Assembly: GCF_009914755.1 (NCBI RefSeq)
Contig: NC_060927.1
Strand: one strand, 5' to 3'
Source: the human T2T-CHM13v2.0 reference genome, Homo sapiens
Length of the DNA: 64,000 nucleotides
Shown in pieces: positions 1 to 14,056 of this stretch (the first letter of the stretch is position 1; each line of letters opens with the position of its first letter). The notes under the pieces are model-generated. The model ran no database searches. It worked only from the letters and a program-made list of their open reading frames with translations, and was not told the origin of the DNA. The translations under genes were made by a program, and so were the position numbers.

Positions 1-670
1 AATGAGTCCTGTTGTCATTGTCATAGAAATTCCTATAGTGATGGCATTAGCCATGACAGCACCTCAAGATGGTAGGGCATTGGTTCTAACAGGATTCTGC
101 TCCTAGCAAACTAACACAGGAACAAATGCATTCTTAATTCACTTATAGACAACTTTTCATAATACCATTAAAGCAAAATATAGGAAGAATTACATGTTGT
201 TTTATTTTCCCCAATCACTGAAGCTTTAAGCTTTAAATGTTGTTTTATTTTAAAGCTCCAGAAATATTTCACATTAGTTCATTACTCTATCTCCAATGTC
301 TAGCATATAAATGCCTGGCATATAATAAAGGCACACAATTAATAATTGTAGAACCAATGAGTGACACTCAAAAGTGAGAAATCAGAAGTGACAAAATCCT
401 AGGCTTTTTTAAGTCTAATGTGAATTACATTAAACCACCAATAACTGTAAACTATTGGCAGTGTCTGTCACTCTCATTCTAATCTCACTTTCCCTCTCTA
501 CCATCCCCTTGGTAGGAAAAAATGAGGTGCTTAGAAGCAGAGCGAGTTGGAACAAGGGATACTGTCTTTTCATGTTGCTGAGTTTTGAAAACATTACTGC
601 TTTGAACAATAAAATTATGCCAGATTACAAAACAGCTATTAATACAGGGATGATATTTTCTCATGCTTAC

Positions 671-847
671 CGATGATTTTACTTTTGTGGTATCAACTCT
701 CTCATAAAATGGAGTGCAATACACAATCAGTATAAGGAGACTCAGAAGAAAGGCACTGCAGCTTACAAACTCAAAAAAATAAAGTCCTCCACATAAAGTA
801 CATTGTGATACAACTTCTTCACAGATGAAGGCCAGCAGAGACAGCAA
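671..847 (-). CDS. CMTM6: CMTM6 coding exon 2 (177 nt, phase 0-0): [16 protein letters not shown]...[15 protein letters not shown]-domain TM segments
   Basis: Translation matches CMTM6. Acceptor tttgtag at 848-849, donor GTAAGC at 670. In frame with exon 1. Confidence 0.97.
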
Positions 848-914
848 CTACAAATGAAGCAAAACATTTTACTTAAGTGTTTTTTCAGAGAATCTACAGT
901 ATTTAGAAAGCTGT

Positions 915-1640
915 TTCTGAATAATACGTTTACTCAAATATTTACAATGAGGAGACTATGGCAAACAAGATTAATGAATAAACCTTATCTACACAGAACT
1001 TACAGTTTGGCCGCCTTGAAGGAAATACAGGTAAATAAAGAATTAATTAACCTATCGTGTACTAATGCCAGCAAAGGGGAAATATATAATATTGTTATAA
1101 AAGCACACAGGAGAGACGCTCAACTGCGGGGTCAGGAAAGGCTTCCTGAAGGAGAAAGCTGAGACCTGAAGAACAGAGTCAGTTTGGGGGATGAAAGATT
1201 AAGGAAAGAAATTCCCAGCAGAGAAGCAGTATATAGAAAGGCCAGAAATGAGAGAGCATGGCACCTGCCCTCTGACCCAACATACAGACAACACACACCC
1301 CGACCTCCAACTTAACTGTCAAAGTGAGTCAAATCAACATGGCTTAAGTATAGAGTTTAAGGGAAGAGAATGGCAGCACAAAAATTAGTATATGAGGCTA
1401 GAGAGGTAAGCTGAGGCCAGATCTAAATGTCCTCGTTAATTAAGAGTCTGGATTTTAAAGTAAAGGTTGACAATGATCAGGTGTATGCTTTCAGTAGTTC
1501 TCACTGGCTACAATATGGAGAAGGGACCAGAGGTAAGGCAAACCTTGGGGCGGACATCCAACTGGGAAGCTGATGTAGGAAATCAGGGCAAATAATAGCG
1601 ACTAGGGAGCAGCAATAGAGAAGAGTGGCAATCACTGAGA
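915..1640 (-). mobile_element. L2 fragment(s)
   Basis: Degenerate purine-rich L2 antisense signature (GGGTCAGGAAAGGCTTCCTGAAGGAG...GCTGAGACCTGAAG). Confidence 0.55.
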
Positions 1641-3409
1641 GATGCAGCAGAAGCTCTTATCAGACAAGATGCAAAAGCTCATATCAGACAAGATGCATAC
1701 AAATAATATGGAACACAAGATAACACATGTGTACCTTAAACATTTTAACTTAAAAACGCACATTTATTAACAATCTGCTGAAGTGAGTATTTTCTTTATG
1801 GGTCTACTGACGAATTCCACATGTTTTCTGCATTAATCACTTTCATCATCTATGGACTACTACTTCCAGACTGATGTTATCTGAAGTGAAGTGAGATCTT
1901 AAACACTTGAGAAACAGAGTTCAGAATCTTTCTAGAGTCAGACTATTTTACCAGCCTTTTACAGTTGCCTTGCTCTTCCTTAATTCCATGGCAGATAAAT
2001 CTTGTAGTAAGTTATCTTTCAGTCTTTCCAAAGCATTCAATTTAGTTTTAAAGAAACAATTCATTTTAACACTCAGTTTCAGCTTTGTAATATTTAACTG
2101 TATGGCCATAAAAGTATAGTTAGCATAAACCAGTATGGGAACAACACAACTCAACTGATGACAGAAGCAAGAGTTCTAGAGTGCTAATGAGATGCCTACT
2201 GGCCATGGCAGGCTGTGGGTGACTGGTGTGAGGTCAGGATGCTTGGTATGGTGAGTGGAGAATGTTAACTCTGGTTAAATTGGCAACTCAATTACACGCA
2301 AGTGGGTTTTAACTACTTCCAACTGCTGTATATGTGGTACTAACATACTGGTCCTCACTGAAAAAAGAGTCAGGTTTTTTTCTTTTTAAAAGGCAAGGGT
2401 GCTAGGGAGAGAAGAAATTCAGTTTTAAATATGCTGTGATTGAGGAGGTCTGTGGAAGAGTTTGGTGAAGATGTAGTTGGAAAGCAAATGAATATAAGGT
2501 CTGGAGCTCAAAGGAGAGGTCTAAGATGCAGATAAAGATGTGGGAGCTGGCAGAGTGGGAGGGTGAGATGACTCAAATGAGGAAAGATAGCCTTATGTGG
2601 AAATCTGAGGAATCTGAAGATTTACGGGATATGCAGAGGGGAAGAAACCAGCAAAGGACAACTAGCAGCAGCAATCAAAGGGGTAGTAAACAAGAAAAAA
2701 GTATTTACACACACATGCACAAACACACAAGTAATCAAGAGTGCTAAATGCTACTTAAAGGTCAAGTAAGAACAACACTGAAACACCTACCTTAGACTGA
2801 GCTATAAGAAGGTTGCCAGTGACATTAGCAAGAAAAGTTCCAGGGTAGTCAGGGAGAGAAGCTCGATTACAATACTGTATATTGGGAAGTAAGGGGAGGG
2901 TAAGGCAGTGAAGGAGAGACAGCATAGGCAATAAGTGTGGCTGGGAAAGAATGGCCAGATAGGGCAGTAGTGGATGAGGTCAAAGAGAAGGGAATTTCAA
3001 CATGGGAGAACTGAGCATGTTTAAATACTTAGGCAGAAACCAGTAAGATGGGTGGGTCTAAAGACATAGGTAGAAAAATGGCTCTCTAAAGATAGGATTC
3101 AGGGCTCAGGTTTGGGGCTAACTCTTCTCTAGAAATAGAAGGGAAGAGAGTGAAGAAGAGTATTTTGCTTGGGCAGTTTGTGTGGGTTTTGTGGAAGCTG
3201 AGGGAATTTCCTGCTGAGGGCCGAAACCATCAAAATGACTGATGACCTAAGTCAGAGGCTAAAGGGAATTCCCTTCTCACTCCAGTCAGGCCAGTAGAAG
3301 CAACCAGACAGGTTAATGGCAACAAGATTGCTACCAAAATCAACAGATACATTTCATAGTAATAGTAAATATCTTATCCTACAAAACATTTTCATTAAAA
3401 AGGGACAAA

Positions 3410-4030
3410 CAACAGTTCAGCGGTTTCTTTAAAAACTAAGCATATATCTACCATATGACCCAGAAATAGAACTCTTGGGCAACTATCTCAGAGAAATGAA
3501 AACTTAACATTTGTACAAAAACCGGTACGTGAATGTTTATAACAATTTTATTCATAGTAGCCCCAAACTAGAAACATTCCAGATGTCCAATGGTTAAAAC
3601 AAACTGTGGTACATCCATACCATGGAATATTAGCAATAAAAAGGAGCAAACTTGATATATGTAATGTCCTAGATGAATCTCCAGAGAATTATTCAAAGGA
3701 AAAAAAAAATCCAATCTCAAAAGGTTACATATTGCATGATTCCATTCATAGCCCATTCTTAGAATAATAAAAATAATAATGATGGCTAACAAATTAGTGG
3801 CAGCCAAGAGAAAGGGGAAAGGTGTGGCTACAAAGGGGTAGCACAGGGAAGCCTCTGCTGATGGCACAGTTCTGTGTCTTGATTGTGGTGGTAATTATAG
3901 AAAGCTATCCACATGGTAAAATTACATAGAATTACACACACATGCACATACAAATGTGGGACCTCCCTGTACTTTTTTTTTTTGCAATTCCTGTGAATCT
4001 ATAATAATTTCAAAATAAAAAGTTAAAAAA
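3410..4030 (+). mobile_element. Old L1M (L1MB/MC-like) 3' end
   Basis: CCATATGACCCAG...AAACTGTGGTACATCCATACCATGGAATA L1 3' motifs; A-rich end. Confidence 0.75.
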
Positions 4031-4869
4031 TAGTAATTCAAATCTATACTGGTATCCAAACCTTTAAGGGATTTCCTCTCCCTTCTACTGGCTATACAAA
4101 ATGTATACATCCCCACAACTGCAAAGAATTTATATAAAAGAAAAAAAATAGTCTAATTGTAACATGAATGGTTACATTCTCTGATTTCCTGTAAGTTAGT
4201 GAAGCATGAAATAGCCCAGCATGTCCCAAACAACTTCCTTCAGACAGGTGTTAGGTAAGGCATTCCCAATCATTACACCACAGGATATAAAGTGACAACA
4301 CCAAGATAAATCCCAGAGGGCCACTGTGTAAAGATACTTCCTTAGTCTCCTATAATCATACTTACAGGATGAGTTCTAACATGACTATAGTCTAATAAAA
4401 TACTAAATATCTAACATTTCACTTGCCTTTTTCTTGCCTCTATGTTAAATCTTGTCCAAGTTTTAAAAGTTTCTCTCTGAGAAATTTACAAAATATACCT
4501 CGGTTGTATAAAAGTCAATTAACTGAGAGAAGATACCAGCCTAAAACTCTAATTAGGGTCTGGGAATAGCTGAACCACTCATTTTACAATTAGACTATTA
4601 GGCACACTCATGTGTGAAGGCTATATGGCAATAAAAGGTTATCTGTAGGACAGACATAGGCTGCTTGTCTACTTTCAGTAAAAAAAGACAGGATCCAGCT
4701 TGTCCAGAAGCAGTCAGTCTCAAGTCATTACAAGTCCTATTCCAAACGTATTAACAGGTGGCATTCCTACTGACCTTACTGACCTATTGCCTCAGAGCAA
4801 TAGCAGGAAGCAGGTTCTGCCTGGACATCTTAAGAGAATCAAGGAGTACAATATTAAGTATGGACATCT

Positions 4870-5179
4870 GGCAGGGCACAGTGGCTCACACCTGTAATCC
4901 CAGCACTCTGGGAGGCCAAGGCGGGCAGATCACTTGAGGCCTTCTGGCCAACCTGGTTCAAGACCAGCCTGGCCAACATGGCAAAACCCCATCTCTACTA
5001 AAAATAGAAAAATTAGCTGGGCATGGTGGCGCATGCCTGTAATCCCAGCTACTTGGGTGGCTGAAGCATGAGAATTGCTTGAACCCAGGAGGCGGAGGTT
5101 CCAGTGAGCCAAGATGGCGCTACTACACTCCAGCCTGGGTGACAAAGCGAGACTATCTCAAAAAAAAAAAAAAAAAAAA
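4870..5179 (+). mobile_element. Alu (AluS-like)
   Basis: Full dimer, A tail, TSD AAGT(A/G)TGGACAT. Confidence 0.93.
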
Positions 5180-5261
5180 GTGTGGACATTTACTAGCTCC
5201 CATCTCAAGTTAAAGGCCAACAAATTGGCACTACAAGCTATAGTCAATATGAAATTCTGTT

Positions 5262-5400
5262 GGCCAGATGCGATGGCTCACATCTGTAATCCCAGCACTT
5301 TAGGAAGCCAAGGCGGGAGGATTGCTTGGACTCAGGAGTTTGAGACCAGCCTGGGCAACATGGTGAAACCCCATCTCTACCAAAAAAAAAAGAAAAAAAA
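5262..5400 (+). mobile_element. Alu left monomer (FLAM-like)
   Basis: Single arm with A tail. Confidence 0.85.
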
Positions 5401-6065
5401 TTCTCTGCCTACCCATCTCTGAGGCTACTAACCTTTGTAAGCTCCCACAGCATTATGCAATTGCTAGCTCAAAGTGTACTTGAACTAGCAACACTCCAAC
5501 ACTGTTCTACGTATAGGAAGATACAAATGATGGAGTAATAAGCTCAATGTACAAGAAACAATAATAACAATATATTTTATACCACATTAACTGAGCATTC
5601 ATTATATGTAGGTTAGAAAATCTCAAGAAAATGTTCGAAGGAGCCGGAGAAGGATGAGTGGAAAAGCAGGACTCAAACCAGGCAGAGACACAAACAGAAC
5701 CTGGATAGACAGAGGACATTCTAATTCTAGGTGGAGGATGAAAAAGAACATATTCATAAGGGCAAGAATTTGCATAGTAAATCCAAAAATGATAATAAGG
5801 CAACTGACCTAACTGGATGGGGATGAAGAAAAAAATGGTTTAGGAGTTGGGTGTGGTTGTGTGATGATCATGCAAGGGAATATGGATGTTTAGATGAAGG
5901 CAGGAGGGAACACCTGTCTGGTTTAGTAGGTTAGAAAACAGGAGGAACAGAGGATTGGGTGGGGCCTAAAGGAATTCTACAGTTCCGAGTGTAGGAGGGA
6001 AAAGAGCAACTAACTTCTTATCAGCAAGCCACAGGAAGTGTTTTTAAAAAAAGAAAACTCCTACA

Positions 6066-6382
<317 letters not shown>

Positions 6383-6544
6383 TTAAAAAGCAGCAAGTAA
6401 ACATACTCCAAACTGTTACTCATACCGTGACACCTGGTAGTGTGAGGGGTGGGAAAGTGGTTTTATTTTAATATTTTTAGTTGATTTTTTTTTTTTTGGT
6501 AAGCAGACACTTTCTTGTATTAAAAAGAAAAAAGTGTAAAAGTT

Positions 6545-6937
<393 letters not shown>

Positions 6938-7563
6938 TTAGCTAAGAAATTCATGGTAAACGTAACCCATAAGTAAAAAGGCTCAATTATTATTTTTTGG
7001 TAAACAGTTTTGTTCTTAATAGCATGAAGTCATCATACTAAATATTGCTTACTGAATATTAAGCTAAGTACTTAACAACTGTATACCCAATGTAACTCCT
7101 TCTAATGACATAAAATTTTACCCAAATATAATTAAGAGAATTATCAAGCTTTTAATGTCAGGAGGGCCCTTAGCGGATATAGTCTCCCACTCCCACGTTT
7201 ACAAAGATGGAATTAAGCTACTGACAGGTTAAGCCCCAAGTTAGCTCGGCACAGACAAGAACCCAAGTCTCTGACTCCCACTCTGTACTTCCTCTCTCCC
7301 CATGAAATACTGTTTGTTAAATTCCTTTTACGAGTATGTATGTTTGTGTAGGTCTTCCCTGTAAGACTGGCTTTTTGAAGTTAAACCCACAGTTCTGTAT
7401 ATTTCCTTTAATGTATTAAATCATACATTAAAAACAATTTGCTAACATCAACAGATTTGGGAAGTCTCAGTGACTAAAACATGATCTTACAGTTCTGGTG
7501 ATTTAAACACTGGATAATTACTATCCTGCCTCTATCTCTCCATTTCAGTTTCACTACCCCTTC

Positions 7564-7845
7564 TTTTTTTTTTTTTTTTTTTTCTGAGATGGAGTCTCGC
7601 TCTGTTGCCAGGCTGGAGTGCAGTGGCACGATCTTGGCTCACTGCAATCTCCACCTCCTGCCTCAGCCTCCTGAGTAGCTGGGATTACAGGTGCACGCCA
7701 CAATACCCAGCTAATTTTTGTATTTTTAGTAGAGACGGGGTTTCACCATGTTGGCCAGGATGGTCTCTATCTCCTGACCTTGTGATCCGCTCACCTCGGC
7801 CTCCCAAAGTGCTGGGATTACAGGCATGAGCCACCGCACCCGGCC
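7564..7845 (-). mobile_element. Alu with small internal deletion
   Basis: Poly-T then antisense Alu; TSD TCAGTTTCACTACC. Confidence 0.92.
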
Positions 7846-9880
7846 TCAGTTTCACTACCTTTTCTGAAATTTCAAGTGTTCCTTAAAACGGTCACTATAT
7901 TAAATACGAATTCTCCATTAATTTAACAGTCTACTACTTATATTTTATAAAAAGAACTTTTAAATGTTTGCCATTAATTATAAAGCTCCATCTACAAAAT
8001 GATATGAATTATAAATTAATGAACTTTACTATTAAAAACTTTGTAGTTATAAGTAAAGTTCAAATTTAAAAATCCATTGGTCTGAAGAAACAGGCCAGGC
8101 CTCCCTTGCCTTAGGCAAATATTTACTCTTACAAAGGTTCAGATATAATTTGCTGACATTACGGGATCTTCCTCAAGGTAAAAATAGAACATTTCAATTT
8201 ACTATACATCAGTTTTCATATTTAAATAATGAAAAGAGCATCAATATAAGAAATGCTTCCAAGTAATCTGTTTCTTGGTACTTATAGGGTAACATTATTT
8301 ATAATGTAATATATTGAAAAATCACTGGCGATTTCTAAAACTGCTTGCCAGATGAGCGACTAGAATTCCAGTACTGTGCAGCTATCAGGATAGTCAACTG
8401 ACAGCATGGATACAATGTGGAGCTTGTTGCACAGAAAATTCCACATATTTAGGTCACTGCACCAGCGTATCAGCAAGCAATTAGGTTACCAAACGTCAAT
8501 TCTCCCCTTAAAACAAAAACTCCCTCAAAAACATTCACAAAATAAAACATGAACATGTGGACAAATCTAAGGATAGTATAAACTGAAAAACTGCATAAAG
8601 TTAGGACTCCAGTAACTCCTTACACTAAATTCTCAACTGAGTATTTCTTCTTAAGCTCTGGAAGGGTGGATGGTAGTTGGGGGATGCTTAGGGTTTTAAC
8701 AAAACTTAGGTCATATCTAAATGGCAGACACAGCTATGTTAACTTCAAGAGATAGAGAAGTTACGTTCTTTTATCTCTAATCTCCTCTGTGTACAGGCTC
8801 CACTCTCTATCCCTTCAATATTCAATTCAGTTCTGTAATAGCAAACCCCATGGAGCCTCAGAGGTTTGAAAAAAAAAAAAAAACCTTAAGAGTGCAAAGA
8901 ACCTCAGAGGTAATTCAATTCAACCTCCGAAGACTCTAATGTAAGAATTTCCTAAGTATATACACAATGTCTGGTTTTTAAGTTTTAGAGCAGGCTTTTC
9001 TCTTGTAGGATCTTTGAGATTCTGTTAAGATTTATGGGTCCAGAATAATATACTCAAACATATAAGTGTACAATATTTTGAATAAAATTTCACAGGGTTT
9101 GCAGGTCCCTTGTTAAAACACCTCTTCTTCTGATTACGGGTTTCTCCATTACAGTTGTTTCCTTACTGGAGCTCGCAATTCTGTTTAGTTTTTTAAAAAA
9201 ATTAAACATTTAAAGTAAAACAACCAATCTATCTAAAGGAAGAATTTGAGTTAAGGCAAAGACCTTGCCTATAGCCCCAGGCTGGAAGACAACTTTTACC
9301 GACTTCATATGTAACCTTCTTGGGACTTGCTGGATAATTCCTGTAATATACTGTTACTGTGAAGAGATAAGACATTATCAAAACAAACAAAGGAACAAAA
9401 AGACAACCATCAAAGTGAAAGGCAGTAATGAAAAAGTACTTTTAAATCTCCACATTAAAGAAAGCATTCCTGTAACATGACAATTTCCCCATAAACAAAT
9501 AAATGGATTTCATAAAGAGATATTAGTTTTTATTTTTTCTCCATTTCTTCTTATGAATGATGGAGAACTAATAATAGTCTAACGATCTTTTAAGGCAAAT
9601 TCATCTTCTCTGTGTCCAAGTATAACATTTACCACAAAAATTTCTGGTTGTGTTCCATGTTTTCTTCTATAACAGCAATAAGGAAGGAAACTGGTTATGT
9701 TCTATTCCAAAGATACGAAACTACAGTTTACTAAACTATAAGAAGGTAATCAGAAAATTTACTTTAGCTTTGCCACTTTTTATTAGAAAGAAAATAATAA
9801 AGGCAACTGAAAACAGGAGATTTTGTGGGCAGCAAACCAATACAGATGATTTTTTTCGAGCAGCAAGAATGCTTCAGATG

Positions 9881-10175
9881 GGCTGGGCGCAGTGGCTTAC
9901 GCCTGTAATCCCAGCACTTTGGGAGGCCCGGAGGGCGAAAATCACCTGAAGTCAGGAGTTTGAGACCAGGCTGGTCAACACGGCGAAACCCCGTCTCTAC
10001 CAAAAAAAAAAAAAAAAAATCAGCCGGGCATGGAGGTGCGTGCCTGTAGTCCCAACTACTCGGCACGAGAATTGCCTGAACCCGGGAGGCGGAGGTTTCA
10101 GTGAGCCGAGATTGCGCCACTGCCCCCAGCCTTGGCGATAGAGCAAGACTCGGTCTCAAAAAAAAAAAAAAAAAA
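9881..10175 (+). mobile_element. Alu (AluS)
   Basis: Full dimer; TSD GCTTCAGATG. Confidence 0.92.
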
Positions 10176-11299
10176 AGCTTCAGATGAATATTCTTTTCTG
10201 TTCTAAAGAGTTCTACTATTCACGTAGAAAATTTTAGCTTTACTGCAGAGAAATACAGCTAATACCTAAAAATCATCATGTGACAGCTGACAAGAGAAGA
10301 GAAGGAAGAAGGAAGAAGGTAGAAGGAACAGCTTATGCAAAGGAACAGTGGCAGGAAAGAGCCCCTGATGCCTCGTAATAAATTAAAGGTGGCCAGTGTG
10401 GAACCACCTAGAGGGAGACTGGGAGAAAGATAAGGCCAGATCCTACTGGGTTCCATAGGCCACATTATCACTTGCTTTCAAATGATTTCCCAGTCATCAG
10501 CAGATGTGATCATTTTGATCGCTAAACAGCAGTGCCGATTTTCCGACTTCTGTTTTTCTATTCAATAAAAGTAGGTCACTAGAGTTCTAAGAATTTAACT
10601 TCGGGTCATTTGAGTTGTAAGAATTTAAGTTCTTTCCAAGGAAACCAATGAGCTAATTTTTACTTAGAATGGTTAAAAAACAAAACAAAGTAAGACAAAA
10701 CTCATAAACATCATAAGCATTCGGATTTTTCCTAAACTGGTTCTATTGCAGAAATAGAACCTAAACTGTTTCTATTTTTCCTAAACTGGTTCAACCATCA
10801 GTGGTTGGAACAGTACATAGGAGCCAACACGACTGTAAAGTGAATAATTTAAATCTCAAAGATGCTTTGATGTTTTCACGAACAGGTTTATGGTACTTCA
10901 ACTGCTTAAAATAAACTCAATAAAATGGAAAGATGCATACCATGTCCTAGTTCAGCTATCCGCACATACTTACAAAAAGCTGTCCTTTTGACTTTCCACT
11001 TAGAACCCATATTGCTCAATTTTGAAATAATTCTTTTCCAGTCAATATAAAACTTTTAGAAGACAATTTACCGGACACACATACACACACATCTCAATGC
11101 CACGCGTGGTATCGCAGGACTTTGTCCAGCAAGTTAAACTGCCCCCATGGGCTCGCAGCAGGAAAACCGCAAGAGCCAGAGAAAGATAAACAGCGCTTCA
11201 CAGTCTAAATACAGGCACTGTGGGCGATAATGCAGGGTAGCAGCAGAGAGAAGAGAGGAAAGTCGCCATAGAGGATGAGTGAAAGATGTTGAAGTGGCT

Positions 11300-11880
11300 G
11301 ACTTGGGTCTCCGACGCATTTCCTGAGCCCGCCTAACAGGCTGGGTGGCCCCAGTTCGTGGGATCCCGATGGGGAGAGCCTTGGGACTGAGGGGCCGCCC
11401 GGCGGAAGGGCGGAGGGTAACGCCCCCTTCCCCAGGCTGAGAGGGAAGGAACTAGAGGTGTGGAAACCTCCTTTTACTGAACAACCAAGCTGAAACGAAG
11501 GAGCTCGGCGGCCTCCCAAGCCCGGGCCAGACCCCGCTCCCCAGCCCGGGCTCGCCCTCCCTGACCGCGGACTCACCAGCTGCAAGCCCTTGAGAACGCG
11601 CCGGAGCAATGGGAGCCGGCCCATGAAAAAGTAGGCAGCGAGGCCGCTCCGGGGGCCTCTGGCGGGGCCCGGGTCCTCCTCCGTAGTGGGGCTGTACACC
11701 GCTCCGTTCTCCATCGCCTCGGGCCGGGGAGCGCGGCGGCCGCAGCAACCGCGCCGTTGACTTCTCGGACTCCAGAAGTCCCCGGTAGCCGGGAGGCGGC
11801 CGTCACTTCCTGGGCCTTCTCCCCGGCTTCCGCCTGACTCCGCCCCTTCCCGCCCCCGCCCTTGGCCCGCCCCGCCCCCT
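11300..11880 (-). promoter_or_regulatory. CMTM6: CMTM6 CpG island and TATA-less promoter with Sp/KLF GC boxes and ETS sites
   Basis: CpG-dense and GC-rich. Repeated CCGCCC at 11840-11879; CACTTCCTG (ETS, CAGGAAGTG on minus) at 11804-11812. Confidence 0.9.
11577..11714 (-). CDS. CMTM6: CMTM6 coding exon 1 (138 nt): [46 protein letters not shown]
   Basis: ATG at 11714 in GCGATGG Kozak context, donor GTGAGT at 11576-11571, recognisable CMTM6 N-terminus. Confidence 0.97.
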
Positions 11881-11994
11881 CTCAGCAAATTTGCTTGTTA
11901 GCTGTTGGGATTCTTCCGACTTTCATCCAAGAATTGAGTTCTTTCTGTGAGCCTTTGATGGATTTCTCACCTCCCTCCATCTTTCATCCTCCTG

Positions 11995-12610
11995 ACATTC
12001 ATTCACTTAGTATTTTTGCGTACTTTCGGTGTGCAGTGAACCCCGTTCTAGGTACTTGGGTGACAGCCAAGTACTACCCAAAATCACAGGATCCCTAGTA
12101 ACAGAGACAGACAATAAACAAGAAAACAGATGGATAGCAATTTCAGATAGTGATAAGTGACGTGAAAATATGATACGAAAATAATGGATTCAGCATTTCT
12201 GGTGGCTTGATAAATTTATTAAAAAAAAAAAAGAAGATGAAGGAGGAGGAGAAGAGGAAGGAGAAGGAAAAAAGGATGGAGAATTGGGTGCTCTACTTAA
12301 ATGGCCACTACTAAACTGAGTGGTCAGGAAAGGCCTCTCTGAGGACCATGATCTTTGAATTGAATGAGACTCAAAGTGTGAGAAGCCAGGCTTGTAAAGT
12401 TCTGGGGAGAGCCTTTCATGAAAGTGCAAATGTCCCGAGGACCAAATGAGTTTGACTCAATCTGAAGCCCAAAGGCCTGTGTCGCTAGGAATAAGTACGG
12501 GAGGAAAGGAGATGTTGGAGATGTAGGCAAAGGCCAGATAATGTGGAGGCCTTGCAGACCAAGGGAAGAATTCGTATTTCATTTGAAGTACAATGAGTTG
12601 TCTGTAAGGA
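11995..12610 (-). mobile_element. L2 fragment
   Basis: CATTCATTCA tail and GGTCAGGAAAGGCCTCTCTGAGG signature. Confidence 0.65.
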
Positions 12611-13364
12611 CTTTCAGAATCGCTCCCTCCCGCGTCTCCCGAAATTCCATTTAGGCTCACTTTTCAAAATCATTTCCTTTTTCTCTTTCTTGGTCACCAA
12701 CTGCTACAGTCACATATGTTAATTTTGTGTGAACTTGTCAAGGAATGTAATTATATTTTAGCAACTGAAGTTGATTGAGTTACAGGATGTTCACAACAAT
12801 ATAAAGTAGGTTCGACAGTATAAAGTCGGTTACATTCATTTTCAAATGAGAAAACTGAGGCCAAGAGGCTGAAATCATATCCAAGGTCAAACAGCCAGGA
12901 GCAGCTGGAATGCAGGCCTAAGCAGTCTGACTCGAAACCTTGCTGCTAAACGCTAACCCAGAAAACGTCAGCTTCTAACTCATCTCTCCATTGGAGTCTC
13001 AAAACCCATGGAAGAGAGAAGGGGTTTCTGCTGCCATCAGCTGCTACATCTTCTCCGTGGCCCCAAACCTCCCTTTCTTCTTCCAGTAACAAACAAAAGC
13101 TCCCATTCAAATGAATAGAGACAAGTAGATACTGCCCTGCAGGGGCCACCTACAACCAGCCAGAACTAACCTTCTGTCTCTGATTACATGCACTCTGAAT
13201 GTCCTCCCAAGGCCAAGATGCCACCAATTCTGTCCAACAAGGAAGGCCACTGTATTTTCACCAGGGCTACAAGGATTCATTGCCCCATTATTCTTCAAGT
13301 CACTATCATCCCAAATTAGACACTACTGATGTCTAAAAGTTCCTTTGAAATTCATCCAAAATTA

Positions 13365-14056
<692 letters not shown>

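Noticed and set aside
11573-11806. GTG-initiated overlapping uORF in the CMTM6 5' UTR
   Set aside because: Non-AUG start in weak context close to the probable TSS; unsupported without Ribo-seq.
11205-11888. 227-aa ORF suggesting an extended CMTM6
   Set aside because: It starts at TTG within the promoter GC boxes and runs through the exon 1 donor into the intron. The 5' UTR part has no in-frame AUG or near-cognate start. Stops are rare in GC-rich DNA.
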